DNA of 63,911 bases, counting the filler, from Octopus bimaculoides (taxonomy: Eukaryota), in the NCBI RefSeq assembly GCF_001194135.2. It is 9 parts of 9 records of this genome, joined end to end, with 100 filler letters (N's around TTAATTAATTAA, not from the genome) between each part and the next. Parts side by side here need not be neighbours in the genome. Positions count along the whole stretch, not along the records: positions 62,663 to 63,911 come from NW_026311780.1; 8 more parts are not named here. One strand, 5' to 3'. Below, piece by piece: positions 63,140 to 63,911 of the stretch. The position numbers were made by a program, and so were the translations under genes. The notes under the pieces were generated by a model. That model saw nothing but the letters and a program-made list of their open reading frames with translations, searched no databases and had not been told where the DNA came from. Position 1 is the first letter of the stretch; every line of letters starts with the position of its first letter.

Positions 63140-63183
63140 TAATAGTAATAATAATATAAATAATAATGATGATGATGATGATA
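62862..63183. repeat. Compound (ATG)n/(ATA)n microsatellite
   Basis: Direct inspection. Confidence 0.95.
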
Positions 63184-63193
63184 TTATTATTTC

Positions 63194-63331
63194 AATTTAA
63201 CACACGCACCGGTAAAATTTCCACTTATTTCTTATTTTTATTTTCCTAAAATTTTCGTTGTGTCTAACGAAAATATTAGGAAAATAAAAATAAGAAATAA
63301 GTGGAAATTTTACCGGTGAGTGTGTTAAATT
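63194..63331. mobile_element. Near-perfect 138-bp hairpin (miniature foldback element)
   Basis: 66-bp arms with two mismatches around a 6-nt loop (63260-63265). Confidence 0.85.
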
Positions 63332-63476
63332 TTAAGGCACAATAAGTAAATGACTCTCCCCAGACACAACAGTATATATATATATATATATATAACGGAT
63401 AATAAAACAAATGGTTTACGCCTGGTAGATTACTAGTAAAGGACGGTTACTTTCAGAGTGATCGTTAGGTAAATAA

Positions 63477-63897
63477 CAAATGAAAAACAGAAGATGGAAT
63501 ATACGAGAATATATTATTAATCACAACAATTGTTTCGACACATCTAGCATTGACTCCTCTTGTGGGACACTCAACAACTGGTTCAGGAGCATCCGGTGGT
63601 GTTGATGTATCTCGTCGGGTGATAAATACATAAATGAAAAAATCTCGTTAAAATGACTGTTCCATAATGCAACTTTCCGTTTCGTATAGAGAAAAACAGT
63701 CGGACGGAGGAAAATTCTTCATAGATATAGAAGATCCCAAAATAAAATTGCAGAAGACAAAAAGACATACGTCTGCACCACCGGGTACTCTTGAACAAGT
63801 TTTTGTGTGTCTCACAACAGGAGTCGATCGTAGATGTGTCCAAACAATTGTTGTGGTTAATGATTTATTCTCGTATATGCCATCTGTCTTTCATTTG
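63477..63897. mobile_element. Element with ~90-bp inverted termini
   Basis: 63477-63570 is the diverged reverse complement of 63807-63897. Confidence 0.8.
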
Positions 63898-63911
63898 ATA
63901 TATATATATAT

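Overview
Repeat-rich eukaryotic intergenic or intronic DNA, very likely an octopod cephalopod (inferred from octopus-type tRNA-derived SINEs and dense di/tri/tetranucleotide microsatellites). About 7 kb is N. Eight identical artificial spacers (N44-TTAATTAATTAA-N44) join nine separately assembled pieces, so adjacency across a spacer is not evidence of biological linkage. No host protein-coding gene, tRNA or rRNA can be supported, and nearly all long ORFs in the track are microsatellite or N artefacts. Recognisable content: at least three SINE families; several dead Tc1/mariner elements and mariner MITEs; pogo/Tigger remnants; a Gypsy (CsRn1-like) LTR element lacking PR/RT/RH; the 3' half of a Helitron; Penelope-like fragments; three R4/Dong-like REL-endonuclease LINE 3' ends; RTE and CR1/L2-type fragments; a Mutator-type MITE with a 9-bp TSD nested in a mariner; and several foldback palindromes. 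The most interesting signal is RNA structure. There are about seven type I hammerhead-ribozyme loci. One is a ~338-nt tandem unit (33699-34201) with a full-size hammerhead and an internal antisense blocker, resembling a metazoan non-LTR retrozyme (circular-RNA-producing element). TE family names come from remembered motifs, not database searches.
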